A stretch of 56,504 nt of DNA, the filler included, from Somniosus microcephalus (taxonomy: Eukaryota): the NCBI GenBank assembly GCA_052327205.1. It is 3 parts of 3 records of this genome, joined end to end, with 100 filler letters (N's around TTAATTAATTAA, not from the genome) between each part and the next. Parts side by side here need not be neighbours in the genome. Positions count along the whole stretch, not along the records: positions 11,165 to 35,433 come from CM126211.1; 2 more parts are not named here. One strand, written 5' to 3'. This document shows, piece by piece, positions 11,329 through 23,331 of the stretch (positions are counted from its first letter, which is position 1; the number at the start of each line of letters is the position of its first letter). The notes below the pieces were generated by a model. That model ran no database searches. It saw only the letters and a program-made list of their open reading frames with translations, and had not been told where the DNA came from. The translations under genes and the position numbers were made by a program.

Positions 11329-12280
11329 TTTCGGATGAGATGTTAAACCGAGCCCCCCGCCGTCTGCTCTCTCAATTGGACGTAAAAGATCCCATGGCCA
11401 CTATTTAGAAGAAACATAGAAGATAGGAGCAGGAGTAGGCCATTCGGCCCTTCGAGCCTGCTCCGCCATTCAATGAGATCATGGCTGATCATCCAAATTC
11501 AGTACCCTGTCCCTGCCTTCTCCCCATATCCCTTGATCCCTTTAGCCTCAAGAAATATATCCAACTTTTTCTTGAATATATTTAATGAACTGGCCTCCAC
11601 CGCCCTCTGTGGCAGAGAATTCCACAGGTTCACCACTCTCTGGGTGAAGAAATTCCTCCTCATTTCAGTCCTAAATGTCCTACCCCTTATCCTTAGACCA
11701 TGACCCCTGGTTCTGGACTCCCCCGTCATCGGGAACATCCTTCCAGCGTCTAGTCTGTCCAGGCCTGACAGAATTTTATAGGTTTCGATGAGATCCCCTC
11801 TCAATCTTCTAAACTCCAGTGAGTATAAGCCCAATCGACCCAATCTCTCCTCATACGTCATTCCTGCCATCCCAGGTATCAGCCTGGTGAATCTTCGCTG
11901 CACTCCCTCCATGGCAAGAACATCCTTCCTCAGGTAAGGCGACCAAAACTGCACACAATACTCAAGGTGCGGTCTCACCAAGGCCCTGTACAACTGCAGC
12001 AAGACATCCTTGCTCCTGTACTCGAATCCTCTCGCTACGAAGGCCAACTTCCCGAGGTGTCTTGGGCCAATATTTATCCCTCAAACAACATCACTTAAAA
12101 AAAACAGATGATCTGATCATCAAGACATTGCTCTTTGTGGGAGCTTGCTGTGCGCAAATTGGCTGCCGCGTTTCCTACATTACAACAGTGGCTACACTTC
12201 AAAAAGTGCTTCATTGGCTGTGAAGCGCTTTGGGCGTCCTGAGGTGGTGAAAGGCGCTATAGAAAGGCAAGTCTTATTTT
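11329..12280 (+). mobile_element. DeuSINE body and tail interrupted by CR1
   Basis: ctttcggatgagatgttaaaccgag..gatcccatggccactattt, resumes at about 12049 to aaggcgctatagaaaggcaagtc. Confidence 0.8.
11410..12048 (-). mobile_element. Young CR1 3' fragment
   Basis: Intact 182-aa ORF2 end LYRALVRPHLEYCVQFWSP..FFTQRVVNLWNSLP; ttctatgt tail. Confidence 0.9.
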
Positions 12281-12924
12281 ACTGGAATTTTATGCCCGAT
12301 AGGATCATGACCTTCCCAACACGTTCACCTTTTCTTAATGACCTGTTCAAAAACAGGTTCCTGAATTCAGCAGAAGGGATTAACAATGTGGTTTTAGATT
12401 CCATGCACTTCTTTTGTGTGCCAAAGTATAACTTGTGAATGAGTGTAAAGCTGGCTTCCAGTGCAAACTTGCTGTCAATGCAAAAGCATTTGTTTTCGTG
12501 GAAATCAAAGCAAAAGGTCGTTGTGACATTTTTTCAAGGAGCTTGTTAATTCAGTTGACATGAATCACTAAGCTGGTATACAATTAAATTCTGATCAATC
12601 TAGTGCTGCAATTAGGCAGGATTTTGTAAGTGATTTTGTTAACTGTTGTGATATAATCGGGTTGTTGCACTTGCTGTGTGCAGACACCTAACTTAACCAG
12701 TGCTTTTGTAACTGTTACCTGCACCCCTGTGCTTGCTGCCCTTCACTGGCTCCCGGTCCGACCTCACCTCAGTTTCAAAATCCTCATCCTTGTTTTCAAA
12801 TCCTTCCATGGCCTCGCCCCTCCCTATCTCTGTAACCACCTCCAGCTCTACAACCCTCTGAGATCTCTGCGCTCCTCCAATTCTGGCCTCTTGAGCATTT
12901 CCCGATCTTAATCGCTCCACCATT

Positions 12925-13722
12925 CCATCAACATTCACTCCCTCCACCACCGTGGCTGCAGTGTGTACCATCTACAAGATGCATTGCAGCAGCAACTCGC
13001 CAAGGCTTCTTCGGCAGCACCTGCCAAACCCGCGACCTCTACCACCTCGAAGGTCAAGGGCAGCAGGCGCATGGGAACACCACCACCTCCAAGATCCCCT
13101 CCAAGTCACACACCATCTTGACTTGGAAATATATCGGCCGATCCTTCATCGTCGTTGGGCCAAAATCCTGGAACTCCCTCCCTAACAGCACTGTGGAAGC
13201 ACCTTCACCACACGGACTGCAGCGGTTCAAGAAGGCGGCTCATCACCACCATTACAATCAACCTCATCTGAAGCCCGCATCGCCTTGTGGAAAGACCGGC
13301 TCGCCAGTCTTGAACAACCCCCAGCGATGGAAATTTTACCTGATGAAAGCCTTCCCCCAGGAGCTAATTGCAACTGGGCAACCTGGAAGTGCCTTAACAG
13401 ACTTAGGACCGGTGTAGGTTGCTCAAAGGTGTCACTAAGCAAATGGGGATATTCAACCAGCCTGACAACTTGTGAATGTGGAACTGAGGCACAGACTATG
13501 CAACATCTCCTGCAATGCCCATCGTTAGAGGAATCCTGCACTGTTGCAGATCTTGCCGAATTCAACAACAAGGCGCAAAAATGTGTCCAGTTCTGGCCGG
13601 GCTATGTATAGACTGTCCGTGGACACGATAAGAAGAAGACCACCTTCTCGAGGGCAATTAGGGATGGACAATAAATGCTGGCCTTTCCAACAACGCCCAC
13701 ATCCCATAAACGAATAAAAAAA
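12925..13722 (+). mobile_element. Zenon-like LINE 3' fragment inserted in L2
   Basis: Matches other Zenon copies; CATT duplicated at 12921-12924 and 13723-13726. Confidence 0.8.
13251..13638 (+). mobile_element. Vingi-like (Ingi/I group) LINE 3' fragment
   Basis: LPPG..WATWKCLNRLRTG..CECG..QTMQHLLQCP; ends gacacgat(aag)n; ACCACC target duplication. Confidence 0.7.
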
Positions 13723-14689
13723 CATTGGGGGCCGTGCCTTCAGCTGTCTGAGCCCTAAGCTCTGGAATTCCCTCCCATAACCTCTGCGCCTCGCTACCTC
13801 TCCTCCTTTAAGACGCACCTTAAAACCTACCTCTTTGACCAAGCTTTTGGTCATTTGTCCTGATATCTCCTTCTGTGGCTCGATGTCAAAGATGTTTTTA
13901 TTGTTATCGCTCTTGTGACGTTTTACTACGTTAAATGCGCTCTATAAATGTAAGTTGGTTAGATTTTAATGACTGACACACACCCCCCCCGCCCAAACCT
14001 GATTTCATTCAGTTACATTCTGTAGAAGGGGGATATTGCATTGATGAGTAATTTTTACGTTCAGTACTAGATCGGGCGTGAGTGTGGTCGATTTGTTTCA
14101 AACCTGTCTTTGTTGCTGCCACACTGGTAACTTGGGTTAGACTGTTGCTGGGATAACAAGTGTCCTGTTATTGTAATGAAACGCTGCCTATTATGGGGCT
14201 TGAGTCTTTAATTACCGTACGCTGATCTTTAACCAGGGTTTGAAGACTGGGCATAGACATGGTTTGTGCTCCGCCTAAAATGATTGATTCCACTAAGACT
14301 GGAGTATTAATGCAGCAAAGGCTTCTCGATCCAGCTGTGTTTCTTTAAGTTTTCATTTCCGGCATTATATTGCTGAAACAAGCACTAATAATACGTAACA
14401 AATCTGCTGAAGTGTCAGAGGTCTCTCACTCTCTCTCTATGGTGATGGTAATCCTAAACTTAAACACCTAAAATTTTAATTAAAAATAAATATTTTTACA
14501 ACATTTTAATTTTGCTCACCAACTTCTCCTCCTCCCTTCCCTGTTCTATTTATTTTTCAACTTAAATTTTCCTTTTTCTGTTCTATCTCAACTTAATTTT
14601 TTAAAATTCCTGTACCTTTTAGTTTCTTAAATAAAATGTGAACTTTCAAATCTTTTATTCACCTTCTCCAAGCCCCCACTGTCCAATTA

Positions 14690-15160
14690 GAAAGAAAAGA
14701 CTTGCATTTATATAGCGCCTTTCACGACCACCGGAAAGCCCAAAGCGCTTTACAGCCGATGAAGTACTTTTTGGAGCGCAGTCACTGTTGTAATGCAGGG
14801 AAACACAGCAGCCAATTTGCGCACAGCAAGCTCCCACACACAGCAATGTGATAATGACCGGATAATCTGTTTTTAGTGATGTTGATTGAGGGATAAATAT
14901 TTGGCCAGGACACCGGGGAGAACTCCCCTGCTCTTCTTCAAAATAGTGCCATAGGATCTTTTACATCCACCTGAGAGAGCAGGCGGGGGCCTCGGTTTAA
15001 CATCTCATCCGAAAGGCAGCACCTCCGACGGTGCGGCGCTCCCTCAGCACTGCACTGGGAGTGTCAGCCTGGATTGTGTGCTCAAAGTCCCTGGAGTGGG
15101 ACTCGAACCCACAACCTTCTAACTCAGGCGAGGGTGCTGCCCACTGAGCCACGGCTGACA
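14690..15160 (-). mobile_element. Full-length DeuSINE (SacSINE1-like)
   Basis: A box gtggctcagtgg, B box ggttcgagtcc, Deu core, L2-type tail aggcgctatataaatgcaagtctttt. Confidence 0.85.
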
Positions 15161-15284
15161 CTGAGTTGGAAGCAACTATTAGGAAAAAAAACAAATGACG
15201 AAAAGCACATAATATTTTGGATAAGTACATGAGGGAGAAAGGACTAGAAGGTTATGCCGATAGGGTCAGATGAAGTATTCTTTT

Positions 15285-15727
15285 CGCCCTCATGTGTTTG
15301 TCTAGTTTCCCCTTAACTGCATCTATGCGATTCGCCTCAACCACTCCCTGTGGCAGCGAGTTCCACATTCTCACCACTCTCTGGGTAAAGAAGTTTCTCC
15401 TGAATTCCCGATTGGATTTATTAGTGACTATCTTATATTGATGGCCCCTAGTTCTGGTCTCCCCCACAAGTAGAAACATTTTCTCTCTGTCTACCCGATC
15501 GAACCCCTTCAGAATTTTCAAGACCTCGATCAGGTCTCCCCCTTAGCCTTCTCTATTTTTTTCAAATGAAAAGAGCCCCTGCCTGCTCAATCTTTCCTGA
15601 TGGTTAGAACCCCTCCGTCCTGACATCATCCTTGTAAATCTCTTTTGCACCTTCACCAGTTCCCCTATATCCTATTTCAAAAATGGAGACCGGAACTGTG
15701 CGCCGTACTCCAAGTGCCGAGCTCCAC
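15285..15727 (-). mobile_element. CR1 fragment
   Basis: TRGHQYKI..FFTQRVVRMWNSLP. Confidence 0.8.
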
Positions 15728-15949
15728 TGTAAACGCCTGCAGCTAATCTACACTCGCAACACGAGCCAGCAACACGAGCCAGCAACACGAGCCAGCAACT
15801 TGCTCCAGAAGGAGATGGCTTTCTGTGAAAATAAACGCCTCCTGACCTCTCACCTGGTTCTATTCTTGCGTACCTTGCACGCCTGTCCTGACCTATCTTA
15901 ATACAAACAGTTAGCAAAAAAGACGACGTGTAGTCACTGCGCTATTTTA

Positions 15950-16113
15950 AATACAGTGTTGCACTGTCGGAGGTACCGCCTTTCAGTTGAGACGTTAAAC
16001 CGAGGTCCCGTCTGCGCTCTCGGGTGGACGTAAAACTCCACTTCAAAAGTACTTCATTGGCTGTAAAGCGCTTTGAGACGTCTGGTGGTCGTGAAAGGCG
16101 TTATATCAATGCC
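15950..16113 (+). mobile_element. Internally deleted DeuSINE fragment
   Basis: gcactgtcggagg..gagacgttaaaccgagg joined directly to the tail. Confidence 0.7.
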
Positions 16114-16960
16114 AGTACTTTTTGAAGTACAGCCTCTGTTGTAATGTAGGAAACGCGGCAGCCAATTTGCGCACAGCAAGCTCCCACAAACAGCAATGTG
16201 ATAATGATCAGATAATCTGTTTTGGTGAAGTTGGTTGAGGGATAAATATTGACCAGGACACCGGGGAGAACTCACCTGCTCTTCTTCAAAATAGTGCCAT
16301 GGGATTCTTTATGTCCACCTGAGAGCAGACAGGGCTTTGGTTTAAAGTCTCATCTGAAAGATGGCACCTCCGACAGTGCAGCACTCCTTCAGTACTGCCC
16401 CGCCGACAGTGCAGTGGAGCGCTCCCTCAGTACTGCCCCTCCGACAATGCGGTGCTCCCTCAGTACTGCCCCTCCGACAGTGCAGTGCTCTCTCAGTACT
16501 GCCCCTCTGACAGTGCAGCGCTCCCTCAGTACTGCCCCTCCAGCAGTGCAGCGCTCCCACAGTACTGCCCCTCCGACAGTGTGGCACTCCCTCAGTACTG
16601 CCCCTCCGACAGTGCAGTGCTCCCTCAGTACTGCCCCTCCAGCAGTGCGGCGTTCCCTCAGTACTGCCCCTCCAGCAGTGCAGCGCTCCCACAGTACTGC
16701 CCCTCTGACAGTGCAGCGCTCCCTCAGTACTGCCCCTCCAGCAGTGCAGCGCTCCCACAGTACTGCCCCTCCGACAGTGCAGCGCTCCCTCAGTACTGCC
16801 CCTCCGACAGTTAAGCGCTCCCTCAGTACTGACCCTCTGGCAGTGCGCCGCTCCCTCAATACTGCCCCTCCGACAGTGTGGCGCTCCCTCAGTATTGCAC
16901 TGTGAGTGTCAGCCGAGATTTTGTGCTCAAGTCTCTGGAGTGGGAGTGGAACTTGCAACC
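16114..16960 (-). mobile_element. DeuSINE with internal tandem expansion
   Basis: Colinear with the 14690-15160 copy apart from the array. Confidence 0.8.
16370..16900. repeat. 33-bp minisatellite (about 15-16 copies) derived from the DeuSINE core
   Basis: Unit cagtactgcccctccgacagtgcagcgctccct. Confidence 0.95.
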
Positions 16961-17924
16961 TTCTGGCAGGGAATAACCATTGATTTCTTCAACAGTAAGA
17001 TATTCTGCATAGTTCCAGTCTTGTGCAGATATACAAATATAGATTGCAGCAATTTGCATTATTTATATTGTGTCTCATAATATGATTCAGCTTATGGGAT
17101 CTTCACTGAACGAATCTGCTTGCACTGAGAGAGGTTATTTCTGCTGGAAGATTTTGACCGTGGTGAGTTTATAGTACAGTAGCAGTTGCATAAAGGGCAT
17201 CAGTCTTCTAGAATGTGAATTTTTAACTCTAACTTTTCTTTTTGGACTTTGCACTATTTGCTCTGCATTATCCTGCTCCAAGCATTCAGATGAATGAATT
17301 CACTACAGAGATCTTATTTATTTTGCTTGCATGGCTTTCTGGCAGGGTGCTTGTATACTGAATAGTGCATGGTGTAGATCGCTGTATTTAAGTTGCACCA
17401 CGTACAGTCAGTCATTTTATAGCTCTTGACTTCTCGCACCGAGTCTTCGGCAGCTGTCGACATTCCATCAGCGCTGGTGCTTTCTGGGCCAGATGGCCAT
17501 GTAATGCAAATGATTATTTTTTGTCTTTGTGTGTATGTTTCTTGCGTTTCCATACTTACTGCATCAGCATCTCCTACCGGCCCACACCCCGATCTTGGGT
17601 CTAGTTACCAGTGCAAAATTGTGTGCTTTTCTGGTTGTTGGCTGTCTTGTGATTTTTTTTTTCAGTACTGAATAAATGAACAGAGGAAGCTTTTTTTCCA
17701 TTTTACTTTTTGATTGCGGGAAAATTATTGACACCACTGTTGCTTTTTGTGTCGCGACATCAGTGAATTGCTCCCATCCCGAATCCTGCATTAATTGATT
17801 TTTCATTCTTTGTACCACATATTGCAAAATGGTGATCGGGCAGCTTTTGCCGATACTGCATTGTACTGTAGCAAGCTTGCCCTTGTGGTATCTTGCCCTC
17901 TGGTTTTTTTGTTCTATTTACGTA

Positions 17925-18262
17925 TCTCCCTATCTCTGTAACCTCCTCCAGCCCTACAACCCTCCGAGATCTCTGTAACCTCCTCCAATTCTGGCCTCTT
18001 GCGCCTCCCCGATAGTCATCGCTCCACCATTGGCGGCCGTGCCTTCAGCTGCCTGGGCCCTAAGCTCTGGAATTCCCTCCCTAAACCTCTCCACCTCTCC
18101 CTCCTCCTTTAAGACGCTCCTTAAAACCGACCTCTTTGACCGAGCTTTTGGTCACCTGTCCTGATAATCTCCTTACGTGGCTCAGTGTCAAACTTTGTCT
18201 GATGACGCTCCTTGTGAAGCGTCCTGGGACGTTACAGACGCTATGTAAATGCAAGTTGTTGC
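17925..18262 (+). mobile_element. L2 3' end
   Basis: Same sequence family as 12722-13958. Confidence 0.85.
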
Positions 18263-18342
18263 CCTTCATCCTAATCAGGGAGTCGACAGTCCATCTCTAC
18301 ATTGAGGATCTGGTTGAGCTTGGAAGCGCATTTGCTCACTAC

Positions 18343-18578
18343 TACAACAACAACGTGTATTTATATAGCGCCTTTAACGTAGTAAAATTTCCCAAGGCGC
18401 TTCACAGGAGTATTAAAAGACAAAAAATGTTGACACCGAGCCACATAAGAAATTAGGGCAGGTGACCAAAAGCTTGGTCGAAGAAGTAGGTTTTAGGGAG
18501 CGTCTTAAAGGAGGAGAGAGAGGCGGAGAGGTTTAGGGAGGGAATTCCAGAGCTTGGGGCCCAGGCAGCTGAAGGCAC
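18343..18578 (-). mobile_element. L2 3' end
   Basis: Reverse complement of the L2 tail with (caa)n. Confidence 0.8.
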
Positions 18579-19164
18579 TCCATGAAAAATAAGGTTGCAT
18601 TTCATTAAGTCACTTACATTAGATTTCTTAATCCACCTGGAAGTCCTGTAGCTCGTCTCTTCCCCCCCTCTATAATTGAAACACCCCACTGAAAGGTGAC
18701 CTTTAACATTCGCCTTCTCTAGATTTTAACCAAACATGGTGAGTGTTTTCATTTTTCCGAGGCATTCGTTCACTTCCTTTTTTTGAAGGAGGAAGCTCGG
18801 GAATAATTGCCTACGTGACCCATTCCCCTGTGCAGTCACAATTATTTTAAACTCCTTTTTGGGTTAGGACCAAATCTGACACGTGATCTCTTGTGGTTGT
18901 GTCCCGTTTATCTTTGTGAAAAGTTGCCTTCCTCTGTACGTTGAACGAGGCACCTGTAAAAATGCTATACTTAAATACTCCTTCGATAGATTTTAAATGC
19001 TTTTTCCCTCCCTTCTTGAGTCCGTTAGCTATTCTCTCTTGTAGTTGCCTTTGTCATGTGTGGAGGAAGCTTCAGCGTGGACTTTTGCACTGAAGTTTCC
19101 TCTGCTTGCTGTCTGTCCGTGGCGACGTGGCTAAGGCTGGAAACTTGCCAAAGTGGGGCAACGA

Positions 19165-20163
19165 AGTCAGCCGTGGCTCAGTTGGCAGCACTCTTGCCTG
19201 TGTGAGGTCATGGGTTTAATCCCCACTCAAGGACTTGAGCACATAACCGAGGCTGACACTTTGGTGTCGTACTGAGGGAGTGCTGCACTGTTAGAGGTGC
19301 CGTCTTTCAGATCAAACGTTGAACCGAGTCCTTGTCTGCAGGCTTCAGTGGATATAAAAGATCCCATGGCACTATTTGAAGATGTTCTTCTGTCCTGGCC
19401 AACGTCCATCTCTCAATCAACAATGCCAGAACAGATGATCCGATCACGAATCTCCTTGATCTCGCACTGACTACACTTCAAAAGCACTGTGAAGTACTCG
19501 GGGACATCCTACATAGAAGAAGATAGGAGCAGGAGTAGGCCATTCAGCCCCTCGAGCCTGCTCCACCATTTAATGAGATCATGGCTGATCATCCAAATTC
19601 AGTACCCTGCCCCTGCTTTCTCCCCATATCCCTTAGCCTTAAGAAATATATCTAACCCCTTCTTGAATATATTTAATGAATTGGCCTCAACTGCCTTGTG
19701 TGGTAGAGAATTCCACAGGTTCACCACTCTCTGAAGAAATTCTTCCTCCATCTCTGTCCTAAATGGCTTACCCCTTATCCTTAGACTGTGACCCCTGGTT
19801 CTGGACTCCCCCGCCATCGGGAACATCCTTCCTGCATCTAGTCTGTCTAGTCCTGTTAGAATTTTATAAGTTTCAATGAGATCCCCTCTCATTCTTCTAA
19901 ACTCCAGCAAGTATAAGCCCAATCGACCCAATCTCTCCTCATACGTCATTCCGGCCATCCCAGGTATCAGTCTGGTGAATCGTCGCTGCACTCCCTCCAT
20001 GGCAAGAACAGCCTTCCTCAGATAAGGCGACCAAAACTGCACACAATACTCAAGGTGCGGTCTCACCAAGGCCCTGTACAACTGCAGCAAGACATCCTTG
20101 TTCCTGTACTCGAATCCTGAGGAGTGAAAGATGCTATCTAAATGCAAGTTGTTACTTTCTTTA
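19165..20163 (+). mobile_element. DeuSINE interrupted near its tail by CR1
   Basis: Head gtcagccgtggctcagttgg; tail resumes cctgaggagtgaaag..aaatgcaagt. Confidence 0.75.
19511..20118 (-). mobile_element. Young CR1 3' fragment
   Basis: Same subfamily as 11410-12048; ATCCT on both flanks. Confidence 0.9.
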
Positions 20164-20219
20164 TATCCATCACATCCTGCTGCTCCATCATGTTGTCCCA
20201 TTTAAAATGTTTTCACTGA

Positions 20220-20700
20220 ATTTGATGAATCATTTCTACTCGCGGGTCTTGACGCAGTCAATCACACTGCCTCTTCCAGTGCCCTCCTCCATCGTCCAGC
20301 TTGGTGGGACTGTCCGAGCTTGGTTCCACCTGTAATTATCTGATTTGTAGCCACAGTATCTCTCTACCAGTGGCTTCTCTTTCCAACACTGCACTGTCTC
20401 CTCGGAAGTCCCTCAAGGATCCATCCTTGGCTCCCTTCCTCTTCCTCATCTGCGTGCTGCTTCTTGGCGATGACGTTTGTAGACGTGGAATCTGATTCCA
20501 CATTTACACCGACGGCACCAAGCTCTACCTCTCCACCTCAGCCCCTCGGCTACATCTGTGTTGTCAGGCTGCTTATCCAACATCCAGTCTTGGATGATCC
20601 ACAGTGTCCTCCATCTAAACACTGGGAAGAGGGAAGCTTCAGTCTTCAGTCCCCCCCACAAATCGCGTACCTTCGCCACTGACTCCACTACCTTCCGCAT
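20220..20700 (+). mobile_element. Old L2 RT-region fragment
   Basis: Degenerate gtccctcaaggatcc..ccttgg (VPQGS) and gacggcacccaagctctac-like (DDTQLY) sequence. Confidence 0.55.
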
Positions 20701-20751
20701 CCGAATTTATCCTGCATTTCCATGTCATATGAGAAAGCGGAAAAGTTGTTT

Positions 20752-21233
20752 AACATAAGAACATAAGAAATAGGAGCAGGAGTCGGCCATTTGGCCCTTC
20801 GCGCCTGCTCCACCATTCAATACGATCATGGCTGATCTTTTACCTCATCTCCACTTTCCTGCACTATCCCCATATCCCTTGATTCCCTTAATATCCAAAA
20901 ATCTATCGACCTCTGTCTTGAATATACTCAATGACTGAGCCTCCACAGCCCTCTGGGGTAGAGAATTCCAAAGATTCACCACCCTCTGAGTGAAGAAATT
21001 TCTCCTCATCTCAGTCCTAAATGGCCGACCCCTTATTCTGAGACTGTGACCCCTGGTTCTAGACTCCCCAGCCAGGGGAAACATCCTCCCTGCATCTACC
21101 CTGTCGAGCCCTGTAAGAATTTTGTATGTTTCAATGAGATCACCTCTCATTCTTCTAAACTCTAGAGAGTATAGGCCTAGTCTACTCAATCTCTCATCAT
21201 AGGACAATCCCCCCATCCCAGGAATCAATCTGG
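20752..21233 (-). mobile_element. CR1 3' fragment
   Basis: 127-aa ORF2 end and (ttcttatg)n tail. Confidence 0.9.
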
Positions 21234-21920
21234 TTATTTCTTTGGCAATCTTTTATCTTATTAGTAGAACCTCTGTCAGTTATATTTACTTAAACCAGAT
21301 TGACATGGTCAATTCTAAACGGTTCTCTGTCAGGCCGATGTAGCGACAATCTTCAGAATTCTTGTCAAGTGCTTAAAATTGTATAATTAGAGGTATGATT
21401 TGGATTTACAGTTTCCCTTTCTAGCTCCATGATGGAACCACAAACCATCTTAAAAAACAAAACATGCAATTCTTTCTTTCAAGTGTGAAATAGTGTATAT
21501 CTAAATATTGTGGAAGTGTATTTTTGTGTAAGTGGCCAATTCTATTCAAACATCATTGTGCAAAGTTAAAAGTTGAATGATCCCAAGTATTTAAACAGTT
21601 TAGTTCTAGTCCAGCTTGCCTGCTGGCCCAGTGAATACACGCACCACATGGTTTGTATTGAGCCGTACAATTCAGGATGTGCGCTTGAAGTGCCGTAACC
21701 CGCAGGGCTACGGACCAAGAGCTGGAAAGTGGGATTAGGCCGGATGGCTCTTTTTTGGTCAGCACGTACACGATGGGCTGAATGGCCACCTTCTGTGCCG
21801 TAATTTCTATGATGATTCTTCCCGGCCATTAACTCAGGCTCAATCAGACTGTTGGCAGCCCTGGGTGTCCGGTTTGACCTGAGCTGAGCTTCTGACCACA
21901 TATCCTGTCCCATCACAAAG

Positions 21921-22468
21921 ACACGGGAACACGAGGAGGCCATTCAGCCCCTCGAGCTTGTTCTGCCCTTCGATGAGATCATGGGCTGATCTGCGACCTA
22001 ACTCCATCTACAGGAAACTTTCGATTAACCGGCCCCTAAATAACCGGAACGCTCTATCCACCGGCAAAATTCAGGAGTCGGTTTAGGTAACTTTTTTTAC
22101 TTTTGTTACTCCATCTGTTGCTGTGCAAGGGTGTGGCTGAAGCTGTTGCTAAGCTACAGAGACGCTTGCAACTTGTGCCGATTGTTTTGAAGCTGCAACA
22201 GGGTTTGTTGCTTTATACGGAGCTCTGAGCTCCGTATCTTTTACTATAGCGTTCGGTTATCCGGGATTGTTGATGAACCGGCACCACGTCGGTCCCGTCC
22301 GTGCCGGATACCAGAAAGTTTCCTGTACCCGCCTTTGGCCCATAATCCTTTTTAATACCTTTGGTTAACAAAAATCTATCAATCTCCGATTTAAAATTAA
22401 CAATTGATCGAGCATCAATTGCTGTTTGCGGAAGAAAGTTCCAAACTTCTACCACCCTTTGTGTGTAG
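21921..22468 (-). mobile_element. CR1 3' end carrying a MITE
   Basis: YTQRVVEVWNFLPQTAIDARS; 3' UTR continues across the MITE. Confidence 0.8.
22011..22325. mobile_element. Tc1/mariner-pogo type MITE
   Basis: TIRs CAGGAAACTTTC / GAAAGTTTCCTG; TA duplication on both sides. Confidence 0.85.
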
Positions 22469-23331
22469 ACCGCCTTCTTCCACCTCCAGAATTTCGCCCC
22501 TACCTCAGCCCATCTGTTACTGAATCTCTCATATCCATGCCTTTCCCACATTGAGACATGATTACTCCAATGTTCTCTTGGCTGGCTTCCCGACATCCAT
22601 CCTCTGTAGACTCCAGCTCATCCAAGATTCTGCTACCCTTATCCTGTCCTGCTCACCCATAGCTGCTAACCTTACTAACGTACATGGGGTTCTGGTCTCC
22701 CAAGGCCTCGTTTAAAGTTCTGCTCCTCGTGATTTAATTCCTCTATAGTCCTGCCCTCATTATCTCTGCAATCTTCAACTCTCGCAAACTTTCCATTCCT
22801 TTAGTTCTGGCCTCTTGTGTGTTCCCTCTCTCTTTCTTCACCCCACCATTGGTGGCTGTGCCTTCAGCAGCCTGGACCCCCACGCTTTGGATTTCCTTCC
22901 CTAAACATCTCTGCCTCTCCACCTCTCTCCTCCTTTAAATAATAAATTGGGAAAACCGAAGCCATTGTCCTCAATCCTCCGGCATGGACTCTGCTCCCTA
23001 GCCAGCGACTCCATCCCTCTCCCTGGCCACTGTCTGAGGCTGAACCAAACTGTTCGCAACCTCGGTGTCCTACTTGACCCTGAGCTGAGCTTCTGACCCC
23101 ATATCTTCTCCATCACCAAGGCCGCATACTTCCACCTCTGTAACATCGCACGTCTCCTCTCCTGCTGAAACCCTCAACCATGCCTCTGTCACCGCCAGAC
23201 TGGACTATTCCAACGTTCCCCTGGCTGGCCTCCCAAGTTGCCCCCTCCGTGAAATTGAGCTCACCCAAAAGTCTGCTGCCTGTATCCGACCTCGTACCAA
23301 GTCCCGTTCGCCCATCAGCCCCTGTGCTCAC
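22469..23331 (+). mobile_element. Two adjacent L2 fragments
   Basis: L2 ORF2 C-terminal sequence (cgcaacctcggtgtcc..gaccctgagctgagcttc; agactggactattccaa). Confidence 0.65.

Larger units (their letters stand above)
12722..13958 (+). mobile_element. L2 LINE 3' end split by nested insertions
   Basis: LHWLPV..FKILILVFK; left part ends cgctccaccatt, resumes cattggggccgtgccttcag, ends tataaatgtaagttg. Confidence 0.8.

Noticed and set aside
16249-16958. Four overlapping repetitive ORFs
   Set aside because: Produced by the 33-bp SINE-derived minisatellite
17314-17827. Short ORFs in unique sequence
   Set aside because: No recognisable domain or convincing splice pair; could be conserved non-coding but cannot be shown from sequence alone
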